Shown in pieces: positions 35,336-48,798 of a stretch of 64,000 nucleotides of DNA. The translations under genes and the position numbers were made by a program. Each line of letters opens with the position of its first letter. Within the stretch, counting starts at the first letter, position 1. The stretch is from Octopus bimaculoides (taxonomy: Eukaryota), in the NCBI RefSeq assembly GCF_001194135.2, contig NC_068981.1, positions 154,253,735-154,317,734 on the forward strand. Reading direction: 5' to 3'. The notes below the pieces were generated by a model. The model did no database searches and was not told the origin of the DNA. It saw only the letters and a program-made list of their open reading frames with translations.

Positions 35336-36573
35336 ATTAATACCAGAGAGAATTTTATTCTAATTTTATTCTAATTTTCAAATGTCTATTATAGAACCTA
35401 TCAGGCTTTTAAGTTCTTTTAACACTATTAACAGACATAGATTAGTGGAATTGTATCAATTACTCTTAATACTATAGGGCCTAATATCTTTGCAATTAAA
35501 TAATGTTGATAGGATTTAATATAATTATAATAATGTTGATCTCCATTTACTGTTATATGCTACTTTAATTCTTTAGGGTATATCACACTTCTCTTTCATT
35601 GTGGTAAAACTAATTTTTAACAGTGTCATTCAAGGATTTAATGTATTGATTATCATTTAGAGCTGTTGTAATATACACGAAGATAGCTTGGAAAGATAAC
35701 TAAACAAAGAAAATAATCAAATTTTGAAGTGTGTTCATAAAGTCACTATCTGTATTTATTGAGTTCATAATGCTTTATATGAAATTGGTTGACGTACAGT
35801 TGTTTTCTACAGAATAGATATTTCTTTAGAACTAAATTTAGGTTTAGAATTTCTGTTTGACAGGAGTGCAATAAGTATACATCAAAATGTAGGTAGCATG
35901 CAAGTGCCATTTTAGCCATTTAAGAATATATAAGTTTATTTGCCTTTCATTTATTTCTTGAGCTGTCTTGGTTTTCATTTTTCTGAGATCCTGTCCCTAA
36001 CACAATTCCCCTGTTGTTGCAGTGAAATTGTATCAGTGACAAGTTTACAGAGATGTGATGAACATCTTGATATCTCAGTAAATAAGTAAAAAGTAAATAT
36101 AACTGTTTATGTGTACTTAAATGGTTAAAATAGCTATAACACAATATAATTGCTTAAGTTTCAATGCATGTTCTTAAAGCGAGTCACTTGCCAAACACAT
36201 ACAATTCCAAAATATGGATAAAATTTCTTGTATTTTTATGACTTATTATTCATCTTTGATTTTCTTTTTAATTGAAATATAATTATGATTATATTATAAT
36301 TTAATATAACTCATCAGACTGATTCAGCTATTATTAAATTATACTGAGAGCTGAATCACTCAGACAGACATGGAGAAAGATATGGAGCTATGGTTGCCAG
36401 ACAGTTGCAGCATAGCTCCATGTCTTTCTATCTCAATTTTTTTTTGAAAATAAGAGATATCTGTGAAACTGGTCAAGTCTTTGAGAATAAAAAAATCTAA
36501 ATGAATATCAGTGCATTTTCAACTTCTTTCTTCTATATTTCTGCTCATATGGAATAAAATATATGTTTTATTT

Positions 36574-36615
<42 letters not shown>

Positions 36616-36618
<3 letters not shown>

Positions 36619-36952
36619 AAGGCGCATGACTCAGTGGTTAGAGTGTCAAGCTCACAATCATGAGGTAGTGAGTTTGATTCCTGAACCAGGCTTGTGTGTT
36701 GTGTTCTTGAGCAAGACATTTTATATGTTGCTCCAGTTCACTCAACTGTAGAAATGAGTTGTGATGTTACTGATGCGAAGCTGTATTGGCCTTTGCCTTT
36801 CCCTTAGATAACATCGGTGACATGGAGAGGGGAGGCTAGTATGCATGGGTGACTGCTTGTCTTCCATAAACAATCTTGACTGGATTTGTGCCTTGGAAGG
36901 GAGCTTTCTAGGTGCAATCCCATGGTCATTCACGACCGAAGGGGAATCCTTA
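36616..36952 (+). mobile_element. tRNA-headed SINE with a central conserved-core-like segment
   Basis: Head GGCGCATGACTCAGTGGTTAGAGTG...GAGTTTGATTCC followed by GTGTTCTTGAGCAAGACA...CTCCAGTTCACTCA, typical of core-type SINE bodies. Confidence 0.7.
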
Positions 36953-38532
36953 CCTTTTCATATATATATAATTATATAACATTATTAACTTCATATCATA
37001 AAAGAGTTAAGATTGGTGAATTAGCTTGTGGCTGTAGAGTTGCAAGTATATCTTCTTATTGGCTATGTTGGTCTCAGGGTAACATGGTATAGTCCCTGCT
37101 CTAATAGATGGTAGAAGTATGGGACATTCATTTATCCATTGATTTGTGATTTAATCAAATAATGTGGGAAATATATTGTGCAAGTCATATCCTTTGTTTT
37201 CAATCTTCCATGAAAGTATATCTGGTCATGGGAAATATTACCTTACTTGGAAACAAGTAAAGGTTGGTAACAGGAAGGGCATCCAACTGCAGAAAATCTG
37301 CCTCAACAAATTCTGTTCAACCCATCCAAAATTCTAGTACCAATGTATTACCTGTACTGCATTGGTAATATTATACTGGTTAACAATTTGAATTACTGGG
37401 CTACCTGCAGTGCCAGAACTGGTAAGATGAATGCAGAAACAGTTGTTGGTGGTGTAATAATTTAGCTGAAAATTGATATGCAGTTTCAAAATTTACATTG
37501 TTGAAACTATCTTGTGCAAGAATGGGTGAATTAATGAAATCTATAATGAACATGTTGAACATTTAACCTATTTGATTCTCTGACATTATTGTTTTTAGAT
37601 TTGCTAGTAACTTGTCATGTACAATCACACATTCCCCCACTACAAGTTCTTGTTTTTATATTCTGTGTTGCTCTGTATGTTGATTGAAGTAATAACACTG
37701 CATACTAATAAATTATTTAGTACATCTACAATAAAATAATTGTTTATTGCAAGTTATATACTGTTATAGCAGATGGCTAGTAACAAACAGAAAAGCCTAT
37801 TTTAACTCTGCTTTTATTGCCTATTTCTATTGTGATTTATATTAATGTTATTTTACTAAAGTGGCATTTAAGCAGTTATAGTATTAAGCTGTAACAATAG
37901 ATAAATTTATTCACTCTTTACTGTAGGTACTGAGTTCATGAAATATGAGGTCAAATAAGTGACTTGAAGAGCTCAATAACCTTAAAAGTGGAGTGGGAAT
38001 ATAAACAAATGGATTAATGTATATATGAAAACATAAACTTTCAGTGAAGTTCTTGCAAACAGACAAAGGACAAATAATAATAAAAAGAGGACTTTAACAA
38101 GTGAAATACATCTAGGTTTACTGTAGGACATTTTGTTTTACATAGATTTGTTTCATTATTTAATTCTAGGCCAATCTTAATTTGGCAGACTTATGATCAA
38201 AGTTGTTTCAATTGTAGCCATCTTGCTTTATTTTACCTTTTATCCAATACAACATTATCTAATGTGCTTTGCCCCTCATTGATTCTAAGATATGTATATA
38301 CTGCTTTGTATATAATACTTCTTACATTAATTCAAGATTATAAATTTATAGAAATGGGATATGATTGACTGAATAGATCCATAAACTGAATATATTTCTA
38401 ATATATGTTATTTTATCTCAGAAGGATGAGAAGCAAAGTTGACTTATGAAATTTGAACTCACAACAGTTGGACAGTATGAAATATGAAGTATTTTATCAA
38501 TGCTCTACCATTTTTGCCATCTAATTACCAAT

Positions 38533-38889
38533 AATAAAAATAATAATAATAATAATAATAATAATGATAATAATAATAATAATAGATGCAGTGCCAGGCA
38601 GTGGCTCTCATGGCTTCTGATCTTAACTGATTGGAAATGTTACCATGTACATTGTTTTGTCTTGGTATAAAAGATGGGTTACAACAAATATTCTGCTCAA
38701 TACCACAGATTTGCTTGTCACTTGCTTGACCATAACGAGTTGAGCATGTCCCTTAGTGGCCGATGATATGTGCATCTCTGATCACGAGCAGAAGTAGTGG
38801 GGGAGCATCACAGCCATGTGCTGAGTGGAATTCTCTAGGGTTTGGATGATTCACCTTTGGAAACATGGGTGTGTCGTTCAACATCCTTA
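38533..38889 (-). mobile_element. Retroposon 3' fragment ending in a (TTA)n tail
   Basis: (AAT)n tract at 38533-38583 abuts a GC-richer body distinct from the surrounding intron. Family not assigned. Confidence 0.5.
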
Positions 38890-39874
38890 AGTTAGTGTAT
38901 TTCCTCTGACTTTTGTAAATCTTCTTGCTTTCTTACATCATGACCATTTTAAACTAAAATTGCTATGAATTACCTAATTCTTATCCTAAGCATTTTTGCA
39001 AACATTTTTGATTATGTAATGCTTTGATATCAGACCTACATTCACATAGTGTCCCTAAATTAATTCTCATCTTGGAATATGGGAAAATATACTTTTGTGG
39101 CATATCTGCAGTAAAATATATCTGAATTTTCAAACTACTATTTAATCCTGTTTCAAATATCACTCAGGTCCATAGTTGAATTTATTAATGAATAGTATCT
39201 TGGTTATCTGGAATATCTTGTTTTGAATGATTAATAGCGTTAATTTTAAAAGTTGGAATGTTTAACAATCTTCTGTGAAATGTTGCAACTTTTTTGTGAA
39301 AGTAAAATTGTTCAGGAAGTCTTGTTCAAGTCTAGCATAAGAATTCTCTAAAATTGTTGGCATATTATCACTTACTGGCTGCTCCATTTCCGTTTGTGTT
39401 ACTGTTGTCCTTTCCAATCCTGTTTCCAGAAACTTCTACATTGCACGATGTTTTCATGTTCTGAGTTCAAATTCCACTGAGGTCAACTTTGCCTTTCATC
39501 CTATCCTTTCAGGGTTGATAAATAAGTACCAGTTGAGTACTGGGGTTGATGTAATTGACTTATCTCCTTCCCCCCAAAATGCTGCCTTAATTTGAAATCA
39601 TTACAGATCTGCTTGCCTGTCTATATCTACTTATAGGAATACAACTTTATATAATGGAAATACGGTTGTGTTGTTAAAAAGTCACTTTGCAATCCCATGG
39701 TTCTGGGTTCACTCTTACTGCATGCACTTTGGACAAGTGTCTTCTGCCATAGTTGGGTTGACTGAAGCCTTATGAAGTAAATTTGGTTGCTGTGGTGTGA
39801 AATTTGTGTAGAGACTAGGTGCTCCTGTTAAACATATGAACAAACACTATGTATTGAATATTATCGTTGTCTTT

Positions 39875-40150
39875 TAGTACAGAGAGATAACACCGTTAGT
39901 ACGATGGTGAGAGGGGGTGCTATGCTAAGTGAAGTTAAGCTTAGTTAAGAGGAATGAACAGGTAGAAGGAAGTGATAATTGAGAAGTTAACAATTAGCGA
40001 TTGGGAAACCAGAAGCAAAGAATGAAAGATGACAATTGAAAAATGAAGAAAAAACGATGGAAAATGTAGAAAAATGAAATAATGAAAAAATAAAAAGATG
40101 AAAAGAAGCTGAGGTAGTGTGAAAGGTTACCCTGTTATCTCTCTGTACTA
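39875..40150. mobile_element. Small MITE-like element with 18-bp perfect inverted repeats
   Basis: TAGTACAGAGAGATAACA (39875-39892) and TGTTATCTCTCTGTACTA (40133-40150) around a purine-rich interior. Confidence 0.6.
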
Positions 40151-42749
40151 GACCACAACTATGTTGCCTGAGATACACCAATACCTTATTTTTGTCTTTT
40201 GTTTACAGACTGTAACAATGTGTGTGTGTGTGTTGGCATGGAATGAACAAAATCAGTGTGTCAAACAAAAACATATGTCTCCTTTTATCCAAGGCCATCT
40301 TGCTTTTCATTATTTACAATATTGTTAAAATAAATACCAGACAACATACTGGAGCTATATAATCATCTATGGAGGTAGTGCCCCAGAATGGCCACAGATC
40401 AAAGATTGAAACTGATAAAAAAATTAAAAAATCATTATTGTAACTTCTATTTTTTCCATTAACAAGAATCATTTGCAACTGCTATGCCAGACACCTTATC
40501 TTCAAATTGCCCTTAGGAATACCTTACAAGTGCTTAACTATTGATTACTCTTAAGAGTTTGATGGCTATCTCTGTATCGTAGGTGTATTCAAACACAGAT
40601 AAGTGTGGGCATTTAACAACTATACCTGTTATTGTTTTTCTTTCCCCCCTCCCCATCTAAATTTTAATAATTGTATTCTTTTCTTGTTTATCTCATGTCT
40701 CTAAACGTTCATTCATGCCAAGTTGTATCTTTCTCAAATCATCATGTCTCTTGAAACTTGTTTTCAGTAATAACTAAACAGTAATAACATGAAACTATTA
40801 ATTTATTTATTCAGTCACGTTAATTTTCTCTCTGAAAAGTTTTTTTCTTATTAGCTACAGACATTTTCCCTCCTAAATAGAGCACAATAAAACCACAAAC
40901 CGTTGAAAACTGTATAGCAGGCTGAATTCAATTTTGTTTTATTATGAAGCTCCCTTCCTTTTCACAAGAAACAAAAGTCAACTTTGTTGGGAAAAGATTA
41001 TAGTTGATAACAGCGTTTGATCTGCCAACTACCTTTAAATTGTTTTGAAAAACAACAAACAAAATCATCTACCCAATAAATGATTCTTTTCTTTTCTCAT
41101 TATAAAAACTGACATAACCTGAAAAAAACTGAATAAGCGTAAAGATTTATAACATTATATATTGATTTCTAACTTTGACATTTAGCCACAAATTTATAGG
41201 AAAGGCATAAAGTTTATTGAATTAATATCAGTACCCATTGGTACTTATTTTATCAGCCCTGGGAAAACAAAAGATATTTTCTGCTAAATTTAAACTGGGA
41301 ACATAAAGTGATGCAGCGCAATACCACAAGACATTGATGAGTGTAGTGTTAGCCGAAATAATTTCACTTATGAAATTTTGAAAATCCCAACTAACAAGTT
41401 AACTTGGAAGGTACTCAAGAGTCTCTAAGATATACAGCATAAAATTATTTGCTTACTCAAGAACAATTCATATTATGCAGGAAGTACTGATGTAACCAAC
41501 CTCAATTTAAAAATCATTGATGTTCAATTTCTTGCTGTTTACGAAACTGAACTACATCACTGATATTATATTCTTATATATTCTTACAATGAAGTGGACT
41601 GACTTGCTAATGGTTAGTACTTTTGTCATGACACAGTGCATCTTTGATTATAAAGTACACACTGTAGAACTTAAACATTTTGTTACTTTTTAGAAGTTAG
41701 CTGTAAAAGTTTATAAAATTAGACCAATTGATAAATTGGGAGAACACTCCCATGGTCCTTGTTTACAGTAGTATCACATGATTGGCTGCTTGAGGATGAC
41801 TCCTGTATGTAGAAGATCAAACAGGATTGAAGGGTAGTATTATTTGCATAGGTAGAGAAATTTAAACTGGGAATATAAAGTGATGCAGCGCAATACAAGA
41901 CATTGATGAGTGTAGTGTTAGCCCAGTACCGCCTGACTGGCCTTTGTAGGATTTTCGAGCGAGATCGTTGCCAGTGCCCCTGGACTGGCTTTTGTGTGAG
42001 TGGCACATAAAATACACCAGTTTGAGCGTGGCTGTTGCCAGTACCGCCTGACTAGCCTTCATAGGATTTTCGAGCGAGATCGTTGCCAGTGCCCTTGGAC
42101 TGGCTCTTGTGCGGGTGGCACATAAAATGCACCATTTTGAGTGTGGCCGTTGCCAGTACCGCCTGATTGGCCTTCATGCGGGTGACACGTAAAAGCACCC
42201 ACTACACTCTCTGAGTGGTTGGCGTTAAGAAGGGCATCCAGCTGTAGAAACTCTGCCAAATCAGATTGGAGCCAGGTGTTGCCATCCGGTTTCACCAGTC
42301 CTCAGTCAAATCATCCAACCCATGCTAGCATGGAAAGCGGACGTTAAATGATGATGATGATAATGATGGTTGTTATTGTTTAGTCCCCAGGTCAGCCCTC
42401 AAAGGCATTCAAGCTATGAGCATCTAGAACCACATTATCTCTTTATCTTTCTCTTTTTTAAGATAGTAATGTGCTATTTGAGGGCTATATAGGCTGCTCT
42501 TTTAAGCATGTAGAGTTTTTTTGGCTTGTTCAGATATTCTTTTCTGCTCTAGGCACAAGGCCCGAAATTTTTTGGGAGGGGGCCAGTTAGATTGACCTCA
42601 GTATGCAACTGGTACTTAATTTATTGACTGAAAGACAGACAAAATACCACTAAGCATTTTTGCCTGGCATGCTAACGTTTCTGCCAGCTTGCCTTGCTGA
42701 GTCAAGGACAACAACGTTGCTTTCATTGAAGTTCCTCAGAATGAGACAT

Positions 42750-44060
42750 CACTGATGGAGTGATGGAGTAGTGTAGGAGAGCAAGTTCCTAGTGGATCTG
42801 ATCCTATAAAAAAGACATACTGAAATACCTAGATTTTTTTTGTTATTCTGTAATGTAAGTGCATCAGAGCCACTTTTTTTTTGTAAGCTAGTCAGAATAG
42901 GAGGGGCAATTTTGCAGGCCTTCTCAGACTGGTGAGCAATTGTTGTTACTATTGGCCAGCCTAAACATCTACAAGAATAGATTTTAGGGTCATGTGAGGA
43001 AATGAAGAGAGAAATTTTTAGAAGGATGGTATCAGTCACCAGCTTAGTAGTTTTAGATGGGTCATACGGGGAAGTGTAAAATTAATCAGTAGAATTAGTG
43101 GTGTGCCGAGTTCACAAACTTAAAGTACCAGAAATTTGGGTGGAAGCTTCTTGTGTAGAAGGAAGTGGTGAGATAAGTTTTCTTCTTTAAGCTGTGGTCA
43201 GATATTTCTATGTTGACAGATGGAGATGGTAGGATAATTTGCTTGTTATTATTTAACCCCAGATCAGCTGTAGTTGAATAGACTTGTGTGCCTTTAATTT
43301 TTTTTAAGGATTCACTTAAATCACTTGATTTGGTTGTGAGTTGAGGGAATTTGGCAGCTATTTTGAGCATGTTGTGACTATTTTAGAGATTTCCTCATTG
43401 GTTCAACTGAACAATAGATGTGTTTTGAAAGTTAATGTGTCGGTGAGGGGTACAAGTAGAGAAGGATACTAACTTTTATAAATGACAGGACAGAATAGGA
43501 AATTATTTGGCATCTACTGAAGTGATGCAAGGAATCAAGTTGAGTTGTATGCATTGAAATCTGTAAAGGTGATGACTGAGGTGATATGAAATTGTTGTCC
43601 CAAGCTAGGATAAGAGATAGTCCTCAAATAGCTGGAAGAATAAATGAGATACTTAAAGACAGTGTATTTGTGAAGATTAAGAAGATTGGTTTGCATATTA
43701 GTGATTGGTAGAATGAAGATTGAATCCAGATCTATGATGTTGGTGCAGAGAAGAGATTTTTGTTGTGCAGTCGGAACATCTGATCTACTTTTTATGTAAT
43801 TTAGTGGAAGAGGGGTATTACCCATGCCTTTTGCAGGTCCCCCAAGTTTGGTCTAATTGTGGCAATGACTTGTGTAAACATTTGCTGGATAAAGATCAAT
43901 GGAGAGGGAATAAAAGGTGACTTGTATTGCTTGCAACAGAGTGAACTCTTGTGAAACAACCAAGGGCCAGATATTGTTGAACAGACTAGTGTATTAAGTC
44001 TATCACCCACAAAGAAGAATATTGCCTTGATTGTGTTCATAATGGTCTCAGTTTAGATGT
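42750..44060 (-). mobile_element. Degenerate Penelope-like retroelement RT remnant
   Basis: Minus-strand broken frames give QKSLLCTNI (like DVKSLYTNIP), SFHPNF (like NFHPNIKFT) and TDTILL..LFISSHDP (like PTD.H.YL..SSHP). Heavily mutated. Confidence 0.5.
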
Positions 44061-44200
44061 ATTAGGATACTGTGCATTTGCTTTATTCCGTTAAGGTTCT
44101 TGATAGAATTGTTTAATCATGAGTACACTGGCATTTTGTGAGGGTTTTCTTTTATTTTTAATATCAAACAATTAATATTCAGACATGATGGAATGAAATA

Positions 44201-44242
<42 letters not shown>

Positions 44243-44516
44243 AACCCAGAACAACAAACAATGCAAACACACAAAACAACAAACCATCAAATTAATTACA
44301 TATCTGGATTAAGAAGCCTTTAACCTCGTTGTTGTCTAGATTCGACTCTGACATTTTGATACACTGGATGCTACCAATACCTACGAGTTCTTATCGACGA
44401 TTCAACAGGAGAAAATCTATGTGGTTACTCGATCTACTAAACATAGTAACCAAATTAACCCACTGTCTTTTAATAAAATTAGATTATGTATTCCTTAAAA
44501 CACTGTTGTTGTTGTT

Positions 44517-44882
44517 GGCGGCACTCCGTCGCTTACGACTTCGAGGGTTCCAGTTAATTCGATCAACGGAACAGCCTGCTCGTGAAATTAACGTGCAAGT
44601 GGTTGAGCACTCCACAGACACGTGTACCTTTAACGTAGTTCTCGGGGATATTCAGCGTGACACAGTGACAAAGCTGGCCCTTTGAATTACAGGCACAACA
44701 GAAACAGGAAGTAAGAGTGAGAGAAAGTTATGGTGAAAGAGTACAGCAGGGTTCGCCACCATCCCCTGCCGGAGCCTCGTGGAACTTTAGGTGTTTTTCG
44801 CTCAATAAACACTCACAACGCCCGGTCTGGGAATCGAAACCGCGAGTCCGCGAGCCCTAACCACTGGGCCATTGCGCCCCCA
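44517..44882 (-). mobile_element. tRNA-headed SINE, CpG-rich copy with a (CAA)n tail
   Basis: Minus-strand head GGGGCGCAATGGCCCAGTGGTTAGGGCTCGCGGACTCGCGGTTTCGATTCCCAGACCGGGCG with box A/B. Ends at a short (CAA)n. Confidence 0.8.
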
Positions 44883-46549
44883 CCCTTACAACACTACGTC
44901 TGCAGAAAGACGCTTTGGTCACCCTTGAAATGATTTTGATCATTGATTTATTCGATCAAGGAGGAACTAGTGCTAAACTACAATTATTATTGAGTAATCT
45001 TGATATCAGTGAACATAGTTAACAATGTATATTGATAATAATCGATCTTCTAACGCAAACCTCTATTTTTCTAGCTACTCACGCAATACATTTACTACTA
45101 ACTTGTCCAAGCCAACGAGGAGGCTTCTACACAAGTCTTTCGGTTTATTAGAAATAGCGCTTAAATCTTCCTCAGATTACACCATGTCATCTTGATAAGA
45201 GAGGGACTCGGGATCTTTTTTAATTTCTTCTTACAACCCGTATTTTCTCAAAATTTTAACCTAAAAAGAAAAAAAAATTACTTTTGATGTAGTTTTACTT
45301 GCCAACAGTTGGAAGAAATTAAAAAAGATCTGGGACTTGTAGGATAATGTGGTTCCAGATACAACCACAGTAGGGGATGATCATGACTGGAACACCTTTA
45401 GTCATAGGCCAAGATAGTCAGGATTAACTTGTGGTTGAACAACAACTAATTTGCTTTTTTCTTTTACTTTGTGTTACATTTTTTTTTTAAGTTAAATATA
45501 GTAATATAACCGGTGCTGTTAAAACGATAGATATTAATGCTTTTATGCACGCATGCACATACACATACGCGCACGCACAGACATACATACACACAGATCT
45601 CAAGACACTCAAACACACAGACAAACAATATTTTTCTTAAGGCTTTGACAGGGGAAGAAGAACAGCGCCCATGACCTTTTTGCAGGACCTCCGAGAAATA
45701 GTGATGGAAAGGGAGGAAGAAATCATGACTCATGGATTTCGTTGTTTAGCCCCAGGTTAAGCCCTGATCGAGAAAACATCTAATTAAAGGGATTCCAGTG
45801 TGACTATCTTGTCTTTCATTCAGAAATTATCTATTTAGGACTCTATTAGCTCCTCTCCTTTCTTTTTTGTAACGGTAGGGTGTGATTTTGGGGAGATTTA
45901 GTTGCTATTTCTAGCAAGTCGACCGCTGGCTTGCCAAGTCATAGGTTGCTGCAGTAGGAAGCAATGCAGCAAACTCGAGTTATACTCCAACTGCAGACTT
46001 GGTTCGAATGCTTGCAACAAAGTGGATTCGGCATCGGACACTATATTAAATTTATCACCCAAGAAAAGGTACAGTTCATTCGACAGGCTTCCGTATTATT
46101 TATTTTGTATACTCTATTTTACTCATAAACCCTGTGTTACCCCAATACTATGCTAGACTCTTGGACTAACAGTAAAACCTACAATCAGATATTCCAAAAC
46201 TTCATTGTTGTTTATGTTTAAGCCTCAGGCTGGCTCTGATCGAGCAGACGTGTGATCAAAAAGAATTCCGGCTATGATCAACTCATTTTTATTTATTTAA
46301 TTATATTCTTGTATTTTAGGCGTAATATCTCTAAGTTTAAATAATCCAAGGTGTACTTAATTTTTTTAAGGCGACAGGGTATGATTTAAGGGAGATTTGG
46401 CTGCTATTTCTAGCAAGTCAAGCGATTACATGCCTGTATGATGTAAACAATTTCTTACTTGATCGTCAGCTTCGGAAAATTGGAGCACCGATGGAATGAA
46501 GGCAGGAACTAATGTATATATACTTCCCAGTTCATCTGTCACGTCTTTT

Positions 46550-47160
46550 GGTGTTCTATTAGGGGAGAGAAAGATAAAAAAAAAGACTTGATAAATATTA
46601 TTAGTAAAAATGATGAGTTATATATCCAAACAGCAAAACAAAAAAGTTAAATTATTCGTACTTAGTGTAAATGTAACATTTTTACTTATTGAGCAATACT
46701 TTATTTCATTACTTATACCCGAATCCTAAGTTTTTTTTACGGATCAGAATTTTTAAAATTAAAAATAAGCAATTAAATTACTTTTTCTTTTTTGTGTGTC
46801 TGGATAGTACATATGGGAGGCAATATGAATAAAAGAAGCCATAGTTACGTCCCTTATACTGCTGTGACTCATGCTTGCTTTTCTCTACACGTAATGTGAT
46901 ATAAACATTACTGACACCAATTTAATTCTGTAGTGCAATACCGTTGATTTAGTTGTTAGTGTTTTCATTTACTTTATTATTATTATTGGTCGGGTGTTTG
47001 AAAGCATAGGTAAATCGATAATTCGGTCTATCATTAAAAAAAAAAGATGTTTCGTGTACAGCTANNNNNNNNNNTAATTTAATAATTCGATTGCCAATCC
47101 AAGTCCACTGCCAATTTTTTTTTTTTTTTTGGTTCGTATTACCGTAGTATCCTCTCAGCA
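46550..47160 (+). promoter_or_regulatory. Candidate alternative internal promoter/first exon in a second CpG-retaining region
   Basis: Unique sequence with retained CpGs and a donor-like TAG|GTAAAT (GT 47010). The wider region 44320-47160 retains CpG. Inference only. Confidence 0.3.
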
Positions 47161-48357
47161 TTTTAAGAGCCAGTGTGAGACTATTCCTAAATAAAAATTA
47201 AAAACTAGATTCATAATTGTAATTTGTATCAAGTGTTCTCTTTGCAAATGTTCAGTCTTAAGTGCTTCAAATTCACAAGTGACTTGACCAAACCCCATGC
47301 ATTTTATTATCATTTTGCAATGTGCAATTATTGTTCTGGTCTATTGGCCAGAACTTCAATTTTCTTATTTTTTTCCTTTTACAAAAACTTGACAAAGTAA
47401 GAAAAAAAAATTAAGGTAAATTTTGTTAGAAGTTTATATTTTGTTTTAGTTGCCCTATTAAAATTATTTTAATTTAAGATTACAAATATATAGGTGCAGG
47501 TATGGCTGTGTGGCAAGAAACCTGCTTCTTAACCTCATGGTTCTGGATTCATCCCACAGTGTGGCATCTTGGGCTTTTGTCTTCTATTATAGCCTTGGGC
47601 TGACCAAAACCTTGTGAGTGGATTTCCTTGTGACAGAAACTGAAAGAAGCCCGTTGTGTATGTATATATGTGTGTGTGTTTGTTTGTTTCTCACCACCAC
47701 TTTAGAAATGTGTTGGTTTGTCTATGTCCCTATAACTTAGTCTTTTAGCAAAAGAAGCTTATAGAATAAGTATTTGGGTTGATTCATTGAAATATAAATT
47801 CTTCAAGGTGGTGTCCCAGCATGGCTACAGTCTAATGATTGAAACAAATGAAGATAAAAGATATATATATATAGAATAAATAAGTAGTACAATACTTTGA
47901 AGTTTGGTTAATACAATAGTTATCATGAAACAGTTGATGTCATTAACTTTCTATTTCTCATTCATATTGTTGTTTAGCTTCAGGTCAGCCCTGATCAAGC
48001 AATGTCCCATTCATCATATATTTAAGATGATAGGGTGTTATTTGAGAGAAATTTAGTTAATATTTCTAGCAGGTTGATGATCACGTGGAGGCTCATTGCA
48101 AAAAAAAAAGAAAAAAAAAGAAAAAAAAGAAATGAGCCATGACAATCCCATAATTTTTCAGGCTCATGTTTACTTTTGTAAGAGAGCAGAGTGTGATTAA
48201 AGGAAGTAATAATCTAAAATTAGATGTTTTGAATTTAAATATTGAATTACAATTTCTTTTAAGTGGAATGTCATTTTAGATCACAATAATTCAGTTTTGA
48301 CTCAATTTTATTTATATTCATGCATCAACTTTTGAATGTCTAATTATCAATATTGTT

Positions 48358-48798
48358 TCAATTTTTGGCATGAGGCCAACACTTTTAGTGGGAAGGGTGA
48401 GTCATTTCATTGATCCAGATGCTCAACTGATAATTCATCTTATTGACCCTATAAGGATGAAAGCAAAGTTTGACCCAGCTGGGATTTGGACTTGGAATAT
48501 AAAGAGCCAGAAGAAAGACAGCTAAGCATTTTGCATGATGTGCTAATAGTTCTGTTAGCTCATTTGCCTTAATGTTTAATTATAAATATTGATTTTAAAT
48601 TTAGGCACTAGGCCAGTAAATTCAGGATAGGAGTTAAGTTGATTACAGTGACCTCAATATTCAACTGGTACTTATTTTATTGACCCTGAAAAGATGAAAG
48701 TTGACCCTGGTGGATTTTGAACTCAAAACATAAAGACAGATGAAATGCTGCTAAGCATTTTGCCTGGCATGCTAATGATTCTGCTAGCCCACCACCTT
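48358..48798 (-). mobile_element. Two tandem decayed family A SINEs separated and flanked by three copies of a 22-23-bp AT-rich repeat
   Basis: Repeats at 48335-48357, 48571-48593 and 48799-48820 (consensus ATGTTTAATTATAAATATTGAT). Confidence 0.7.

Noticed and set aside
44329-44933. ORFs of 118 and 67 aa
   Set aside because: They lie within SINE sequence on the antisense strand.
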